Assembly: GCA_965200245.1 (NCBI GenBank)
Contig: CBDATS010000004.1
Coordinates: forward strand, 224,001 to 288,000
Source of the DNA: a bacterium
Lineage (GTDB): Bacteria > UBA8248
Length of the DNA stretch: 64,000 bases
Direction of reading: 5' to 3'
Shown piece after piece: positions 1 to 10,998 of this stretch (the first letter of the stretch is position 1; each line of letters begins with the position of its first letter). The translations under genes were made by a program, and so were the position numbers. The notes below the pieces were generated by a model. That model was not told the origin of the DNA, ran no database searches, and worked only from the letters and a program-made list of their open reading frames with translations.

Positions 1-23
1 CCCTGCTCCACAACTGCTGCCAT
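1..23 (-). CDS. rplJ: 5' fragment of probable 50S ribosomal protein L10 (runs off the window edge)
   Basis: ATG at 21-23 with a GGAGG RBS at 31-35, directly after the rplA stop; identity rests on synteny only. Confidence 0.55.
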
Positions 24-35
24 TTCAGGGCCTCC

Positions 36-740
36 TTATTTCAGTGCCGCGAGAAGAGACTGGTGGTCAACCTTTACGCCGGGCCCCATCGTGCTGGAGA
101 TGGTGAGACCCCTGAAATACACCCCCTTGCTCGCCGCGGGTTTCGCGCGAACGAGCGCGTCCACGACCGCCGCGACATTCTCGGAAAGCGCCTTTTCCTC
201 GAAACTCACCTTTCCGACCGGAGCGTGAATGATGCCCGCCTTATCCACGCGATATTCCACCTTGCCCGCCTTGATCTCCCGGACCATACGGCCCACGTCG
301 AAAGAGACAGTTCCCGATTTCGGGTTGGGCATCATCCCACGCGGCCCGAGCAGTCGTCCGAGCTTGCCTACAACGCTCATGACATCGGGGGTCGCTACCA
401 CGCGGTCGAACTCCATCCAGCCGCCTTGAATCTTCTCGGCCAGATCGTCTGCTCCCACATATTCGGCGCCCGCTTCTTTCGCCTCGGCCACCTTCTCGCC
501 TTTAGCGAACGCCACGACGCACTCCTCCTTGCCGATGCCGTTGGGCAGAACGACGCTCCCCCTGACCATCTGATCCGCGTGGCGCGGGTCCACACCGAGC
601 TTGGCGGATATCTCGACCGTCTCGTCGAATTTCGCCGAAGATACCTCCTTCACGAGGCCGACGGCCTCAGAGAGAGGATGCAGCTTCCCCCTGTCGACCC
701 GTTCCTTGGCCTGTGTGTAATTCTTGCCGTGTTTTGGCAT
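36..740 (-). CDS. rplA: 50S ribosomal protein L1
   Basis: MPKHGKNY...KFDETVE...[14 protein letters not shown]...STMGPG; GGAGG RBS. The longer 36..1433 ORF is a spurious upstream extension. Confidence 0.98.
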   Translation of the reverse strand: MPKHGKNYTQAKERVDRGKLHPLSEAVGLVKEVSSAKFDETVEISAKLGVDPRHADQMVRGSVVLPNGIGKEECVVAFAKGEKVAEAKEAGAEYVGADDLAEKIQGGWMEFDRVVATPDVMSVVGKLGRLLGPRGMMPNPKSGTVSFDVGRMVREIKAGKVEYRVDKAGIIHAPVGKVSFEEKALSENVAAVVDALVRAKPAASKGVYFRGLTISSTMGPGVKVDHQSLLAALK

Positions 741-758
741 TTGCCTGCTTCCTCCTTC

Positions 759-794
759 GTGGTTCGAACGACGCCTGGCACTGACGCCTTCCAC
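759..794 (-). promoter_or_regulatory. Putative L1-binding autoregulatory RNA hairpin between rplK and rplA
   Basis: Minus strand GTGGAAGG...TCGTTCGAACCAC closes a GTGG/CCAC stem just upstream of the rplA RBS, resembling Firmicutes-type L1 mRNA sites. Confidence 0.55.
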
Positions 795-808
795 CTTGAT
801 TCGAAAAA

Positions 809-1234
809 CTATCCGCTGACCTCGATGCCCATACTCCGGGCCGTGCCCTCGATGATACGGACGGCCCCTTCGAGGTCGGCGCTGTTCAGGTCGTCTTTCT
901 TGGTTTCCGCTATCTCTTCGAGTTGTTTGCGCGTCACGCTGCCCACACCCTCGCGCCCGGGTTCGGAGGAACCCTTCGCCAGGGCGGCGGCCTGCTTGAG
1001 GAGGGCCGAGGCGGGCGGACTTTTCATGATGAAGGTGAAGCTCTTGTCCGCGTACACCGAGATCACGACCGGTATGATCGTACCTTCCCTGCCCTGAGTC
1101 TGCGCGTTGAAGGCCTTGCAGAATTCCATGATGTTCACGCCCTGCTGGCCGAGTGCAGGCCCGACGGGCGGGGCGGGATTCGCCTGGCCTGCCGGAATTT
1201 GAAGTTTGATGATGCCGACCGCTTCTTTCGCCAT
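809..1234 (-). CDS. rplK: 50S ribosomal protein L11
   Basis: [43 protein letters not shown]. Confidence 0.98.
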   Translation of the reverse strand: MAKEAVGIIKLQIPAGQANPAPPVGPALGQQGVNIMEFCKAFNAQTQGREGTIIPVVISVYADKSFTFIMKSPPASALLKQAAALAKGSSEPGREGVGSVTRKQLEEIAETKKDDLNSADLEGAVRIIEGTARSMGIEVSG

Positions 1235-1332
1235 TTTCCCCTCTCGAACAATCCAAGCCCAGAGCATCGCCCGGGCTTCCTTTATTTCTATTTCCCGGAG
1301 GCGGCGAACTGCGCGCCCCGGCTTGATTTCGC

Positions 1333-1860
1333 TTACACTTTCTCCACCTGGAGCATCTCAAGTTCCACGGGCGTTGCGCGACCGAAGATGCTGACCATGA
1401 CCTTGAGTTTTCCTCGATCGGCGTGAACCTCATCGATCTCGCCGGTGAAGTTCACGAAAGGTCCGTCTATCACGCGGATGTTCTCGCCTTTTTCGAAATC
1501 GATCTTGGGCTTGGGCTTCTCGGCTTCCCCGCTCATCTGCTTTAGGATGTTCTCCATCTCGGATTCCGAGAGAGGACTCGGAGCGGTCCCACCCAGAAAA
1601 CCCGTCACCTTCGGCGTGTTCTTGACGATGTACCAGGTATCCTCGTCGCACTCCATGCGGATCAAGATATAGCCGGGGAAGAACTTCCGGGAACTCGTGC
1701 GCCTCTTGCCCCCCTTGACCTTTACCACCTGCTCGGTGGGAACCACGATTTCCTCAAGCTTCTCCTCGTATTCCTTCCCGCGAAACTGCTCTTCAATCGA
1801 GCGCTTCACCTTGTTTTCGAAACCCGAGTAGGTGTGCACCACATACCAGTTCATGGACAT
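1333..1860 (-). CDS. nusG: Transcription termination/antitermination factor NusG
   Basis: [26 protein letters not shown] motif [19 protein letters not shown]. Confidence 0.97.
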   Translation of the reverse strand: MSMNWYVVHTYSGFENKVKRSIEEQFRGKEYEEKLEEIVVPTEQVVKVKGGKRRTSSRKFFPGYILIRMECDEDTWYIVKNTPKVTGFLGGTAPSPLSESEMENILKQMSGEAEKPKPKIDFEKGENIRVIDGPFVNFTGEIDEVHADRGKLKVMVSIFGRATPVELEMLQVEKV

Positions 1861-1874
1861 GCCGAATTCCTGAC

Positions 1875-2090
1875 CTAGAAACCAAAATTGAGAAAATAGC
1901 TGACGGCTCGGGACAACGCCAAATCGACGAGCCCCAGATAAATCGCAATGATGAACACGAACACAAGGGCGACAGCAGTTTGCGCCGCCGTCTGGCGCAT
2001 ATCGAGCCATGTCACGCGTTTCGCTTCGCTCTGCACATCGCGCAGAAAGGTGCGCCCCTGATGAACCCAGCCCATTACCTTGTTATTCAT
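1875..2090 (-). CDS. secE: Preprotein translocase subunit SecE
   Basis: FLRDVQSEAKRVTW followed by one TM helix; lies between tRNA-Trp and nusG. Confidence 0.9.
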   Translation of the reverse strand: MNNKVMGWVHQGRTFLRDVQSEAKRVTWLDMRQTAAQTAVALVFVFIIAIYLGLVDLALSRAVSYFLNFGF

Positions 2091-2150
2091 CCATCCATTC
2101 TCCGCTGCTGCTCCGGGCCTTTCCCAACCAACTCTCGTCTACCGAATTCA

Positions 2151-2226
2151 TGGCAGGCCAGGAGGGACTCGAACCCCCAACCGCCGGATTTGGAGTCCGG
2201 TGCTCTGCCAATTGAGCCACTGGCCT
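2151..2226 (-). tRNA. tRNA-Trp (CCA)
   Basis: Cloverleaf AGGCCAG...CTCCAAA...GTTCGAGTC...CCA. Confidence 0.97.
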
Positions 2227-2257
2227 GTGAAAACCTTTTTCTGCTTCCTGAGACGCT

Positions 2258-3436
<1,179 letters not shown>

Positions 3437-3666
3437 GGCCTGCCTTCTCCTTCTAGTGTAAATATTCGAAAAATACCTTCAGGGAGAGAGGAACCATTTC
3501 CTCCCTTCTACCTTACCATTCCCGAAAAACGCACTTTATACCCACTCGGCTGAAATCTTGTCCATCGCCACAGGGAAAATCGGCAAAACCCAGAGAGCGC
3601 AAGGCGTTTCATACAAATTACAAGATAATGCACAAACCTCAAATTATCAATGAATCTCACCCGCCC

Positions 3667-3742
3667 TGGAGCCCACGACCGGACTTGAACCGGTGACCTC
3701 TTCCTTACCAAGGAAGTGCTCTGCCGGCTGAGCTACGTGGGC
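3667..3742 (-). tRNA. tRNA-Thr (GGT)
   Basis: Cloverleaf, anticodon loop TTGGTAA, 3' CCA. Confidence 0.96.
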
Positions 3743-3919
3743 CGACTACACCAAGGGCTCGCGAACGTCATTTATTTCAGCCGAAGCAACCTCATCGAAT
3801 GATGAAACCGGAGAGGCGTTCCGGGCGAATAATACAACTTATTCCGGCCAGGGCAACCCCAAAAGCCGAAAGTCACATGAATCAAACAAATACCAAGGCG
3901 GAAAATCCCCGACTCGTCC

Positions 3920-3995
3920 TGGAGCGGGAAACGGGGCTCGAACCCGCGACCCTCAGCTTGGAAGGCTGATGCTCTACCATCTGAGCTATTCCCGC
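3920..3995 (-). tRNA. tRNA-Gly (TCC)
   Basis: GCGGGAA acceptor stem, loop CTTCCAA, 3' CCA. Confidence 0.96.
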
Positions 3996-4041
3996 CTCTA
4001 AATCCAAAGCGCACGTCTCGCTCATCACAATATTCATCTTA

Positions 4042-4126
4042 TGGTGGGGAGGGGAGGATTCGAACCTCCGAAGGCTGAGCCGTCAGATTTACAGTCTGAT
4101 CCCTTTGGCCACTCGGGAACCTCCCC
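4042..4126 (-). tRNA. tRNA-Tyr (GTA)
   Basis: 85-nt class II cloverleaf, loop CTGTAAA, 3' CCA. Confidence 0.96.
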
Positions 4127-4288
4127 TGGAAACCAAGCCCAACAAAACAAACATAAATGCTATCAGAAAATTTCGCGGAAACCATCTGTTCCCCGAAACC
4201 GCCGCATCCATCCAAACCCGTAAAGAGATAACGCAGGCGACTTTCAGCCGGATTATCTGCTGCGGGGTCCTAAAGGCGCGTCCCGCCG

Positions 4289-4364
4289 TGGAGCTGGCGA
4301 GAGGACTCGAACCTCCGACCTGCTGATTACAAATCAGCTGCTCTACCAGCTGAGCTACGCCAGC
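4289..4364 (-). tRNA. tRNA-Thr (TGT)
   Basis: Cloverleaf, loop TTTGTAA, 3' CCA; order Thr-Tyr-Gly-Thr-tuf as in the classic tufB operon. Confidence 0.96.
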
Positions 4365-4379
4365 CCGCAAAGGCGGGTC

Positions 4380-4408
4380 AAATTAGGCCCACCCGCGCAC
4401 CTTGTCAA
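4380..4408 (-). promoter_or_regulatory. Sigma-70 promoter of the tRNA-tuf operon
   Basis: TTGACA-N17-TAATTT just upstream of tRNA-Thr. Confidence 0.6.
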
Positions 4409-4495
4409 GCCCCTCCCTTTTGTGAAAGCGAAAACAGGAAACGTGCGCCTGGGGTTCTGCTCCCGGAAAACCGGGCCAATCGCGAGGAAGGTTGC

Positions 4496-5260
4496 TCAGG
4501 TCCGATTCGTGCCCTCGTCTTCTCCTCCATTCACGCGCAAGCCATGGAGCAGGATGGCCGTGGCGACGGAGGCATTCAGCGAAGACACCACCCCCGCCTT
4601 GATGGGAATCCGAACGCGCACGTCGCAGTTTTTGAGAACGAGCGGCCGCACCCCCCTGCCTTCCGCCCCGATTACCAGGCAACAGGGTCGGGGCAAGTCG
4701 TCGACGCCGAGTATTCTATCTCCTTCTGCGTCCGCCGCCAGAACCCAGTAGCCCGCCTCTTTCAGAGACGAGACGGCACGTGCCAGATTCGTCACTCGTG
4801 CGAGGGGCACGACCTCCAAGGCACCCGCCGCTGCCTTCGCTACGACGGGGGTCAAGCCCACGGCGCCATCCTTCGGCCAGACGACACCACCCGCCCCAAG
4901 GGCCGCAGCGCTTCTCAAGACAGCGCCGAAATTCCTTGGATCCTGCACACCGTCGAGCAGCAGAATCGGCGGTGCCTGTGCGGGCTGGGCATCGATGAGT
5001 GCATCGAGCGAGAGAAGAGGGGTAGGGTAAACTTCCGCCACCAGGTTTTGATGCTGCGCCGAGGCGGCGACTTTCGAGAGTTGTCCAGAGTCGAGCACCT
5101 CGACGGGAACCCCCTGCGCCTCGGCAAGACGCACCGCCTCGACCACCCGACGACTCCGACGACCTTCCGCGACAAGGAGCCGCCTTACCCGAAGCGGTCC
5201 GCGCACAAGAGCCGCCGGCACGCTGTGCGCACCGCAAACGTATTCGGGTTTCAGTTTCAA
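4496..5260 (-). CDS. rlmB: 23S rRNA (Gm2251) 2'-O-methyltransferase, SpoU/TrmH family
   Basis: LDGVQDPRNFGAVLRSA, GAEGRG, SLNASVA. Confidence 0.9.
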   Translation of the reverse strand: MKLKPEYVCGAHSVPAALVRGPLRVRRLLVAEGRRSRRVVEAVRLAEAQGVPVEVLDSGQLSKVAASAQHQNLVAEVYPTPLLSLDALIDAQPAQAPPILLLDGVQDPRNFGAVLRSAAALGAGGVVWPKDGAVGLTPVVAKAAAGALEVVPLARVTNLARAVSSLKEAGYWVLAADAEGDRILGVDDLPRPCCLVIGAEGRGVRPLVLKNCDVRVRIPIKAGVVSSLNASVATAILLHGLRVNGGEDEGTNRT

Positions 5261-5330
5261 GAGTTATGCCCTGCGGTGATGGGATGTGACCCGGCTGGTG
5301 CGCAAACTTCGGCTCCGCCTGCGTGCGTCG

Positions 5331-6794
5331 TCACGGCACCCTTCGCTTCCAGAGGGTGCCGCCGGGGCTGTCTTCCAGGACGATGCCGGCCGCCGCGAGT
5401 TCTTCCCGGATACGGTCGGCTTCGGGAAAATCCCTGCTCGCACGCGCCTTGGCGCGACGTTCGAGCAGCGCTTCAATCTCCTCATCGCGAAAGACTCCGT
5501 TTTGACCATCTTCTCCATCGGGGAGTTGCGCGCTTGCGGCGCTTCTGAACCAATCCTCGGGCGAGTGGGCAAACAGGCCCAGAACCTCACCCACTTCCTC
5601 AAAAACCTCGCGTGCAGGCTGCGCCGCAGATTCGGGCAACGCGCCCGCCACGTTGATGAAGCCGTTCACCCTTCGCGCGAAATCGAAGAGATGGCCCAAG
5701 GCGCGCGCGGTATTGAAATCGTCGTCCATCGCTTCTATGAACTGGGAGCGAAAGGCGGTGACCTCTTCCTCCACCCGCTCGCGCCAGCCTCCGGTATCTC
5801 CTCCGCCGTTTCTGGCGAGCCTGAGCCGCACGTTGTAGAGCCGGTCGAGTCCCTTTCTCGCGTCACCCACCACCTGATCCGAATAATCCACCGGATGCCT
5901 GTAATGTGTCCCCAGGAGAAAGTAGCGGATCACCTCGGCGGGGTGTTCCTCCAGAATCGTTTTGATGGTGAAAAAGTTCCCCTTCGACTTGCTCATCTTC
6001 TCGTGCTTGATCTGCACGAAGCCGTTGTGCACCCAGTAGCGCACCCACTCGTGACCGAAGCAGCCTTCGCTCTGCGCGATCTCGTTCTCATGGTGGGGGA
6101 ACACCAGGTCTTCCCCTCCGCCGTGGATGTCGAAGCGTTCGCCAAGGTAGCGACTCGACATGACGGAGCATTCGATGTGCCAGCCGGGACGGCCCTGCCC
6201 CCAGGGACTATCCCACTCGGGTTCGCCGGGCTTCGCCGCCTTCCAGAGGGCGAAATCAAGTGGGTTGCGCTTGCCCTCGTCCGATTCGATACGATGGCCC
6301 GCCTCGAGTTCTTCGATGTTACGCCCCGAGAGCTTTCCATAGTCCGCGAATTTCTCGATGTCGTAGTAGACATTGCCCGCGTACTCGTAGGCGATACCCT
6401 TGTCGATGAGCTTCCCGATCATCTCGATCATGCCCTCGATGTTCTCCGTGGCGCGCGGAGCGACATCCGCCCGATGGACGCCGAGCGCATCCATATCCCT
6501 ATAGTATTCGGCAATGAATCTTTCAGTCAGATCGCCGATGGGAATCTTCAGGCGCCGGGCACGGGTGATGATCTTGTCGTCCACGTCCGTGAAGTTGCAC
6601 ACGAAAAGGACATCAAAACCACAGTATTCGAAATAGCGGCGAATCACGTCGAAGACGATGGCGGCGCGCGCGTGGCCGAGATGACAGTGGTCGTACACTG
6701 TCACCCCGCAGACATATATTTTCACGCGGTTTTCTTCCAGGGGTTCGAAGGGTTCTTTCTCCTTCGTCAACGTGTTGTATAGCTGAAGGACCAA
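5331..6794 (-). CDS. cysS: Cysteine-tRNA ligase
   Basis: [24 protein letters not shown]. Confidence 0.98.
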   Translation of the reverse strand: MVLQLYNTLTKEKEPFEPLEENRVKIYVCGVTVYDHCHLGHARAAIVFDVIRRYFEYCGFDVLFVCNFTDVDDKIITRARRLKIPIGDLTERFIAEYYRDMDALGVHRADVAPRATENIEGMIEMIGKLIDKGIAYEYAGNVYYDIEKFADYGKLSGRNIEELEAGHRIESDEGKRNPLDFALWKAAKPGEPEWDSPWGQGRPGWHIECSVMSSRYLGERFDIHGGGEDLVFPHHENEIAQSEGCFGHEWVRYWVHNGFVQIKHEKMSKSKGNFFTIKTILEEHPAEVIRYFLLGTHYRHPVDYSDQVVGDARKGLDRLYNVRLRLARNGGGDTGGWRERVEEEVTAFRSQFIEAMDDDFNTARALGHLFDFARRVNGFINVAGALPESAAQPAREVFEEVGEVLGLFAHSPEDWFRSAASAQLPDGEDGQNGVFRDEEIEALLERRAKARASRDFPEADRIREELAAAGIVLEDSPGGTLWKRRVP

Positions 6795-6886
6795 ATGTAT
6801 TTCTCCAGAATCCGCGTGAATTCAGACGTGAAACATGCACTTCGGGCAACATTCAGGTGGAATTTGTCATGCCCCGCCGATGCGCG

Positions 6887-7369
6887 TCAAGGAGATTCCT
6901 CGCTGATCGTACAAACCGCGTGCGCAGCGACGCCTTCCTCACGACCTGCAAAGCCAAGACCCTCGCCCGTCGTCGCCTTGACCCCCACCCTGTCAAGCGG
7001 GATACCCAGGATGGAGGAGATGACCTCGCGTATCTTCGGAATGTGGGGGGCGAGTTTCGGCCTTTGCGCCACGACCACGGAGTCCACGTTGCCCGGCTCC
7101 ATGCCGCGTTCAGCGAGAAGCGCCACGACACGCGCGAGGAGCACCCGGCTGTCCGCGCCGCGATAGGCCTCGTCCGTATCGGGAAAGTGCGAGCCGATGT
7201 CGCCCAGGGCCGCCGCGCCCAGAAGCGCGTCGATGATGGCATGGATGAGGGCGTCGGCGTCGGAGTGCCCGGCGAGGCCACGGTCGTGGGGAATCTCCAC
7301 CCCGCCAAGAATGAACTTTCTACCCGCCTCGAAACGGTGGACATCGTAGCCTACACCGACGCGCATCAC
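6887..7369 (-). CDS. ispF: 2-C-methyl-D-erythritol 2,4-cyclodiphosphate synthase
   Basis: [30 protein letters not shown]. Confidence 0.97.
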   Translation of the reverse strand: MMRVGVGYDVHRFEAGRKFILGGVEIPHDRGLAGHSDADALIHAIIDALLGAAALGDIGSHFPDTDEAYRGADSRVLLARVVALLAERGMEPGNVDSVVVAQRPKLAPHIPKIREVISSILGIPLDRVGVKATTGEGLGFAGREEGVAAHAVCTISEESP

Positions 7370-7383
7370 GCGGAAGCCTCCGC

Positions 7384-8130
7384 CTAGGTACGTTGTTCGA
7401 GTTCCATCAGCCGCGCCGCGCGCTCCATGTCTCCCGGCGTCGTCACCTTGATATTCTGCACGCTTCCTGCAACGAGCTTCACTCGTGCGCCGACAGCCTC
7501 GAGCAGGGCAGCCTCGTCGGTTCCCTCGAAACCACTTGCCTCGGCCCGCACCATCGCGCGCGCGAGCAACTCGCGCCGCGCCACCTGGGGCGTCTGGGCG
7601 AGCCAGAGACCCTCGCGCGGGCGTGTGGTCTCTATGAATCCCTCTGCGTCACCCACCTTCACCGTATCCACCACGCGAAGAGCGGCGATAGCAGCACCCG
7701 TCTCCGACGCGCCGATGAGGCACCTCTTCAGTAACTCGGCAGTCACGAGGGGCCGCGCCCCGTCGTGCACAACCACCCAGGAGACGTTATCGCCCAAGGA
7801 GTTGAGAGCGTTCCGAACCGAATCCTGGCGGCTTGCGCCGCCCTCGACGACCTGGACGGGAACGCATAAGCCAACGGGAAGATCGGGCGGGTCTAAACCG
7901 GGGGGAAGTGCCACGACGACACGGCCCACGAGATTAGAGCGCGCAATCCGCAAAAGGCAATGGTGGAACAGGGGTTTTCCGGCAAGGCTCTGGAACTGCT
8001 TCGCCACCGCGCCCGGCAGGCGGAGGCCCTTGCCCGCGGCGGGGACGATGAGTGCCACTTCATCCGGTTCCGGCAACGAACGAGAAGCGCGCGCAGGTTC
8101 ACCGGCTGTTTCGGTAGAGTTCCGCTTCAT
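7384..8130 (-). CDS. ispD: 2-C-methyl-D-erythritol 4-phosphate cytidylyltransferase
   Basis: [31 protein letters not shown]; start uncertain. Confidence 0.93.
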   Translation of the reverse strand: MKRNSTETAGEPARASRSLPEPDEVALIVPAAGKGLRLPGAVAKQFQSLAGKPLFHHCLLRIARSNLVGRVVVALPPGLDPPDLPVGLCVPVQVVEGGASRQDSVRNALNSLGDNVSWVVVHDGARPLVTAELLKRCLIGASETGAAIAALRVVDTVKVGDAEGFIETTRPREGLWLAQTPQVARRELLARAMVRAEASGFEGTDEAALLEAVGARVKLVAGSVQNIKVTTPGDMERAARLMELEQRT

Positions 8131-9163
8131 CTCGTATTTGCGCAAATATCATCCGCCCGGCGGTGGTCTGCAGGACGCTTGTCACCGAAACGGGAATCTG
8201 ATCGCCGATCCGGTCCTTGGCGTTGTCCACCACCACCATGGTTCCATCGTCGAGATAACCGACGCCTTGATTGTATTCCTTGCCTTCCTTGATGACGAAG
8301 ACGCTCATCTCCTCGCCGGGCAAGACGACCGGCTTCACCGTGTTGGCCAGTTCGTTGATGTTCAAGACCCGCACCCCTTGCAGTTCGGCCACCTTGTTCA
8401 GGTTGAAATCGTTCGTCATCACCTTGCCGCATATCTCTTTCCCCAGGAGCACTATCTTCGTATCCACCTCCTTCACGCGGGGGAAGTCGGCCTCAATGAT
8501 GTCGATGTCGAGATCCTGGTTCTGTTGAATCCGCTGCAGGACATCAAGGCCGCGGCGTCCACGGTTTCGCTTCAGGGAATCGGATGAATCCGCTATCTGC
8601 TGCAGTTCCTTGAGTACGAACTGGGGCACTACCATGGGCCCTTCGACGAAGCCCGCCTCGCAAATATCCGCGATGCGCCCGTCTATGATGACACTCGTAT
8701 CGAGAATCTTCGCGTGGTGGTGTTTCTTGGCGCCCGGAGTTTTCTCCATAGGCGGCAGAAGCTGTGAAAACTGGCTTCCCGCCGCCGAACCGAGAAAAAT
8801 CCCGAGACCGCTGAGGAGTAGACCGAAGAAGGCGTCCGCGAGTGGGCGCACGCCCGCCGAAAACGCATCACCAACGAGAGCACAAATCAGCAAGGTGGCC
8901 AGAAGGCCGAAGAGCAGGCCCGCCGCCCCGCCGACCAGAACGCCGAACCTGAGCTTGCCGAGTTCTCTGGCGAGCACCAGCAACAGAACACCCGCCAAAG
9001 CGCCTGCAGCCAAACCGACGGCCAAACCCGCCATGCCCATGGCTCCCAAGAGCGCCGCACCCATCACGCCGCAAAGGACGATGAACAGAACGCCTAAAAT
9101 CAGGTGCAGGTAATTGAGGCTCGCTTTCTTCTCCCTTGGTATCTTGTGGATGGATTCATTCAT
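8099..9163 (-). CDS. Membrane-anchored PIN/TRAM domain protein (YacL-like)
   Basis: N-terminal TM helices, LDTSVIIDGRI, RGRRGLD, TNDFNLNKVA, GYLDDGTMVVV, QTTAGRMIF. Confidence 0.93.
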   Translation of the reverse strand: MNESIHKIPREKKASLNYLHLILGVLFIVLCGVMGAALLGAMGMAGLAVGLAAGALAGVLLLVLARELGKLRFGVLVGGAAGLLFGLLATLLICALVGDAFSAGVRPLADAFFGLLLSGLGIFLGSAAGSQFSQLLPPMEKTPGAKKHHHAKILDTSVIIDGRIADICEAGFVEGPMVVPQFVLKELQQIADSSDSLKRNRGRRGLDVLQRIQQNQDLDIDIIEADFPRVKEVDTKIVLLGKEICGKVMTNDFNLNKVAELQGVRVLNINELANTVKPVVLPGEEMSVFVIKEGKEYNQGVGYLDDGTMVVVDNAKDRIGDQIPVSVTSVLQTTAGRMIFAQIRDEAELYRNSR

Positions 9164-9389
9164 CTACAGTTTCCTCCACGAAATGTTTCCAGAACGAAAA
9201 TAAAGATTATTAAATACTAGATTCCCTTTGTGTCATAAGCATTACGGGCAGTAGAAAAATCGCCAACGCCCAGGAAACGACCCCTTCGGGATGTTCCGCA
9301 CCCCGCAAATCAAGTTCTCCCCTACCGCTTGAATAGCTTGCAGCGGCCGTCAAGCATGCCGGATGCGCTCTCCCAACAAATCAAGATGG

Positions 9390-9875
9390 CTACTCCTCAT
9401 CCAGAATGAAATCACCGCTTTTTCCGCCTGTTTTCCTCACCAGTCGGATTCCAGAGAGCACCATACCCTTGTCCACCGCCTTGCACATGTCGTAGACGGT
9501 CAGGCCAGCCACGCTCACGGCAGTCAAAGCCTCCATCTCCACACCTGTTCTGTCCTTTGCGCGCACCGCGGCTTCGATGCGTAGAAACCCCAGCGACTCA
9601 TCCGCCGAGAAATCGATTTCCACACTGGACAGGCGCAGGGGATGACACATGGGAATCAGGTTTGCGCATTGTTTCGCTGCCATGACGCCCGCGATTCGCG
9701 CCGTTCCCAGTACGTCTCCCTTGGGTATTCCGCCTTCAACAATCAGGTGCAGGGTTTCGGGTGCCATCTCGAGACGGCCGCGCGCCACGGCTTCGCGCCG
9801 GGTGACTTCCTTTTCCCCGACATCCACCATCCGGGCTTGGCCCTTCTCGCCAACGTGAGAGAGTTCCTGGGACAC
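9390..9875 (-). CDS. moaC: Cyclic pyranopterin monophosphate synthase
   Basis: ARMVDV, KGDVL, LIPMCH, TGVEMEAL, YDMCKAVD, KTGGKSG. Confidence 0.97.
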   Translation of the reverse strand: MSQELSHVGEKGQARMVDVGEKEVTRREAVARGRLEMAPETLHLIVEGGIPKGDVLGTARIAGVMAAKQCANLIPMCHPLRLSSVEIDFSADESLGFLRIEAAVRAKDRTGVEMEALTAVSVAGLTVYDMCKAVDKGMVLSGIRLVRKTGGKSGDFILDEE

Positions 9876-10034
9876 GGACTACACCTCCCGAGCAAACCGA
9901 CGAAGCGGGACATTTCACTTCACGGGTGGATTCTCCAAGTTCATCATACAACAGGTTGTCGAAACATTAAAGGAAAATACAAACCATGGTTTTGAAAGGG
10001 AAAAGGACAGTTTGTGTTACAAAAACATCGTCCC

Positions 10035-10589
10035 CTAGAGTTTTGCCAAGGTGAGACCCTGTTGTTTCTGGTATTTGCCCTTCTTGTCGGCGTAGGAAGT
10101 CTCACACTCCTCGTCGCTCTCGAAAAACAACACCTGAGCGATACCCTCGTTCGCGTATATCCTGGCAGGCAGGGGCGTGGTGTTGGACACCTCGAGGGTG
10201 ACAAAGCCCTCCCACTCGGGCTCGAAGGGTGTAACATTGACGATGATGCCACAACGCGCATATGTGCTCTTGCCCACGCAGACGGTGAGCACACTCCTGG
10301 GAATACGGAAATATTCCACCGTCTTGGCCAGGGCGAAGGAATTGGGCGGAATGATGCAGGTGTCCGCCTTTACATGGACGAGCGAGCGCTCGTCGAAATT
10401 TTTGGGATCCACGATGGTGGAGTTCACGTTCGTGAAGATCATGAACTCATCGGCGATGCGGATGTCGTAGCCGTAGGAGGAGACGCCGTAGGAGATGGCA
10501 CCCTCGCGCACCTGCTTGTCCTCGAAGGGTTCTATCATGCCACGCTCGCGCGCCATCTTCGATATCCACTTGTCCGATTTTATCGACAT
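10035..10589 (-). CDS. dcd: dCTP deaminase
   Basis: [33 protein letters not shown]. Confidence 0.97.
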   Translation of the reverse strand: MSIKSDKWISKMARERGMIEPFEDKQVREGAISYGVSSYGYDIRIADEFMIFTNVNSTIVDPKNFDERSLVHVKADTCIIPPNSFALAKTVEYFRIPRSVLTVCVGKSTYARCGIIVNVTPFEPEWEGFVTLEVSNTTPLPARIYANEGIAQVLFFESDEECETSYADKKGKYQKQQGLTLAKL

Positions 10590-10699
10590 CGCGTGAACCT
10601 CTACCTTCCCGGGAGAACCTCGAAAACTTCCATTCCATCCGAAACCGAATATGAGCGATGCGCAGCGATTCGGGGGATGAAAATCCAGGACACGTAATA

Positions 10700-10738
10700 T
10701 CCAAGGGTGAGGAGAGACCGACTCTCCTCACCCTTGGA
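10700..10738. repeat. Perfect 17-bp inverted repeat in the dcd leader
   Basis: TCCAAGGGTGAGGAGAG-accga-CTCTCCTCACCCTTGGA. Confidence 0.85.
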
Positions 10739-10855
10739 CGATCTTCCCCGTCCGCCCGAAACGGGGTCGATCTCGCAAGCGTGTCTGTAGCTCGAAACGA
10801 GAGAGACGCGCATGAGATTCGCTTTGCTCACAGTGTTTCCAGAAAAAGCAAATAA

Positions 10856-10871
10856 ACACAATATATAGTGC
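10856..10871. promoter_or_regulatory. NrdR-box-like palindrome in the probable dcd promoter
   Basis: ACACAATATATAGTGC matches the NrdR consensus acaCwAtATaTwGtg; lies between a minus-strand TTGACG (-35, 10874-10879) and a TTTATT -10; weaker copy at 10898-10913. Confidence 0.7.
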
Positions 10872-10908
10872 CACGTCAACGATCTTTTGGGACTAGAGCA
10901 CAATTTCT

Positions 10909-10973
10909 CGTGGATAGCCCGTGGAAAAACAGGGGATATTCGGGGGGGGGGGGGGGGGGGGGACTGTGAATAA
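10909..10973. promoter_or_regulatory. DnaA-box-like array interrupted by a G21 homopolymer
   Basis: CGTGGATAG (10909), CGTGGAAAA (10920), AGGGGATAT (10931), G21 (10942-10962), consensus TGTGAATAA (10965). Confidence 0.5.
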
Positions 10974-10998
10974 CGCACACAGCCCGTTGTGAACGGGC

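Noticed and set aside
36-1433. 465-aa ORF suggesting an N-terminally extended L1
   Set aside because: The extension is an off-frame read through rplK/nusG; the true start is at 740 with its own RBS
10840-10975. oriC candidate
   Set aside because: Only one consensus DnaA box, a short AT-rich stretch and no dnaA/gidA context; kept as a regulatory array instead
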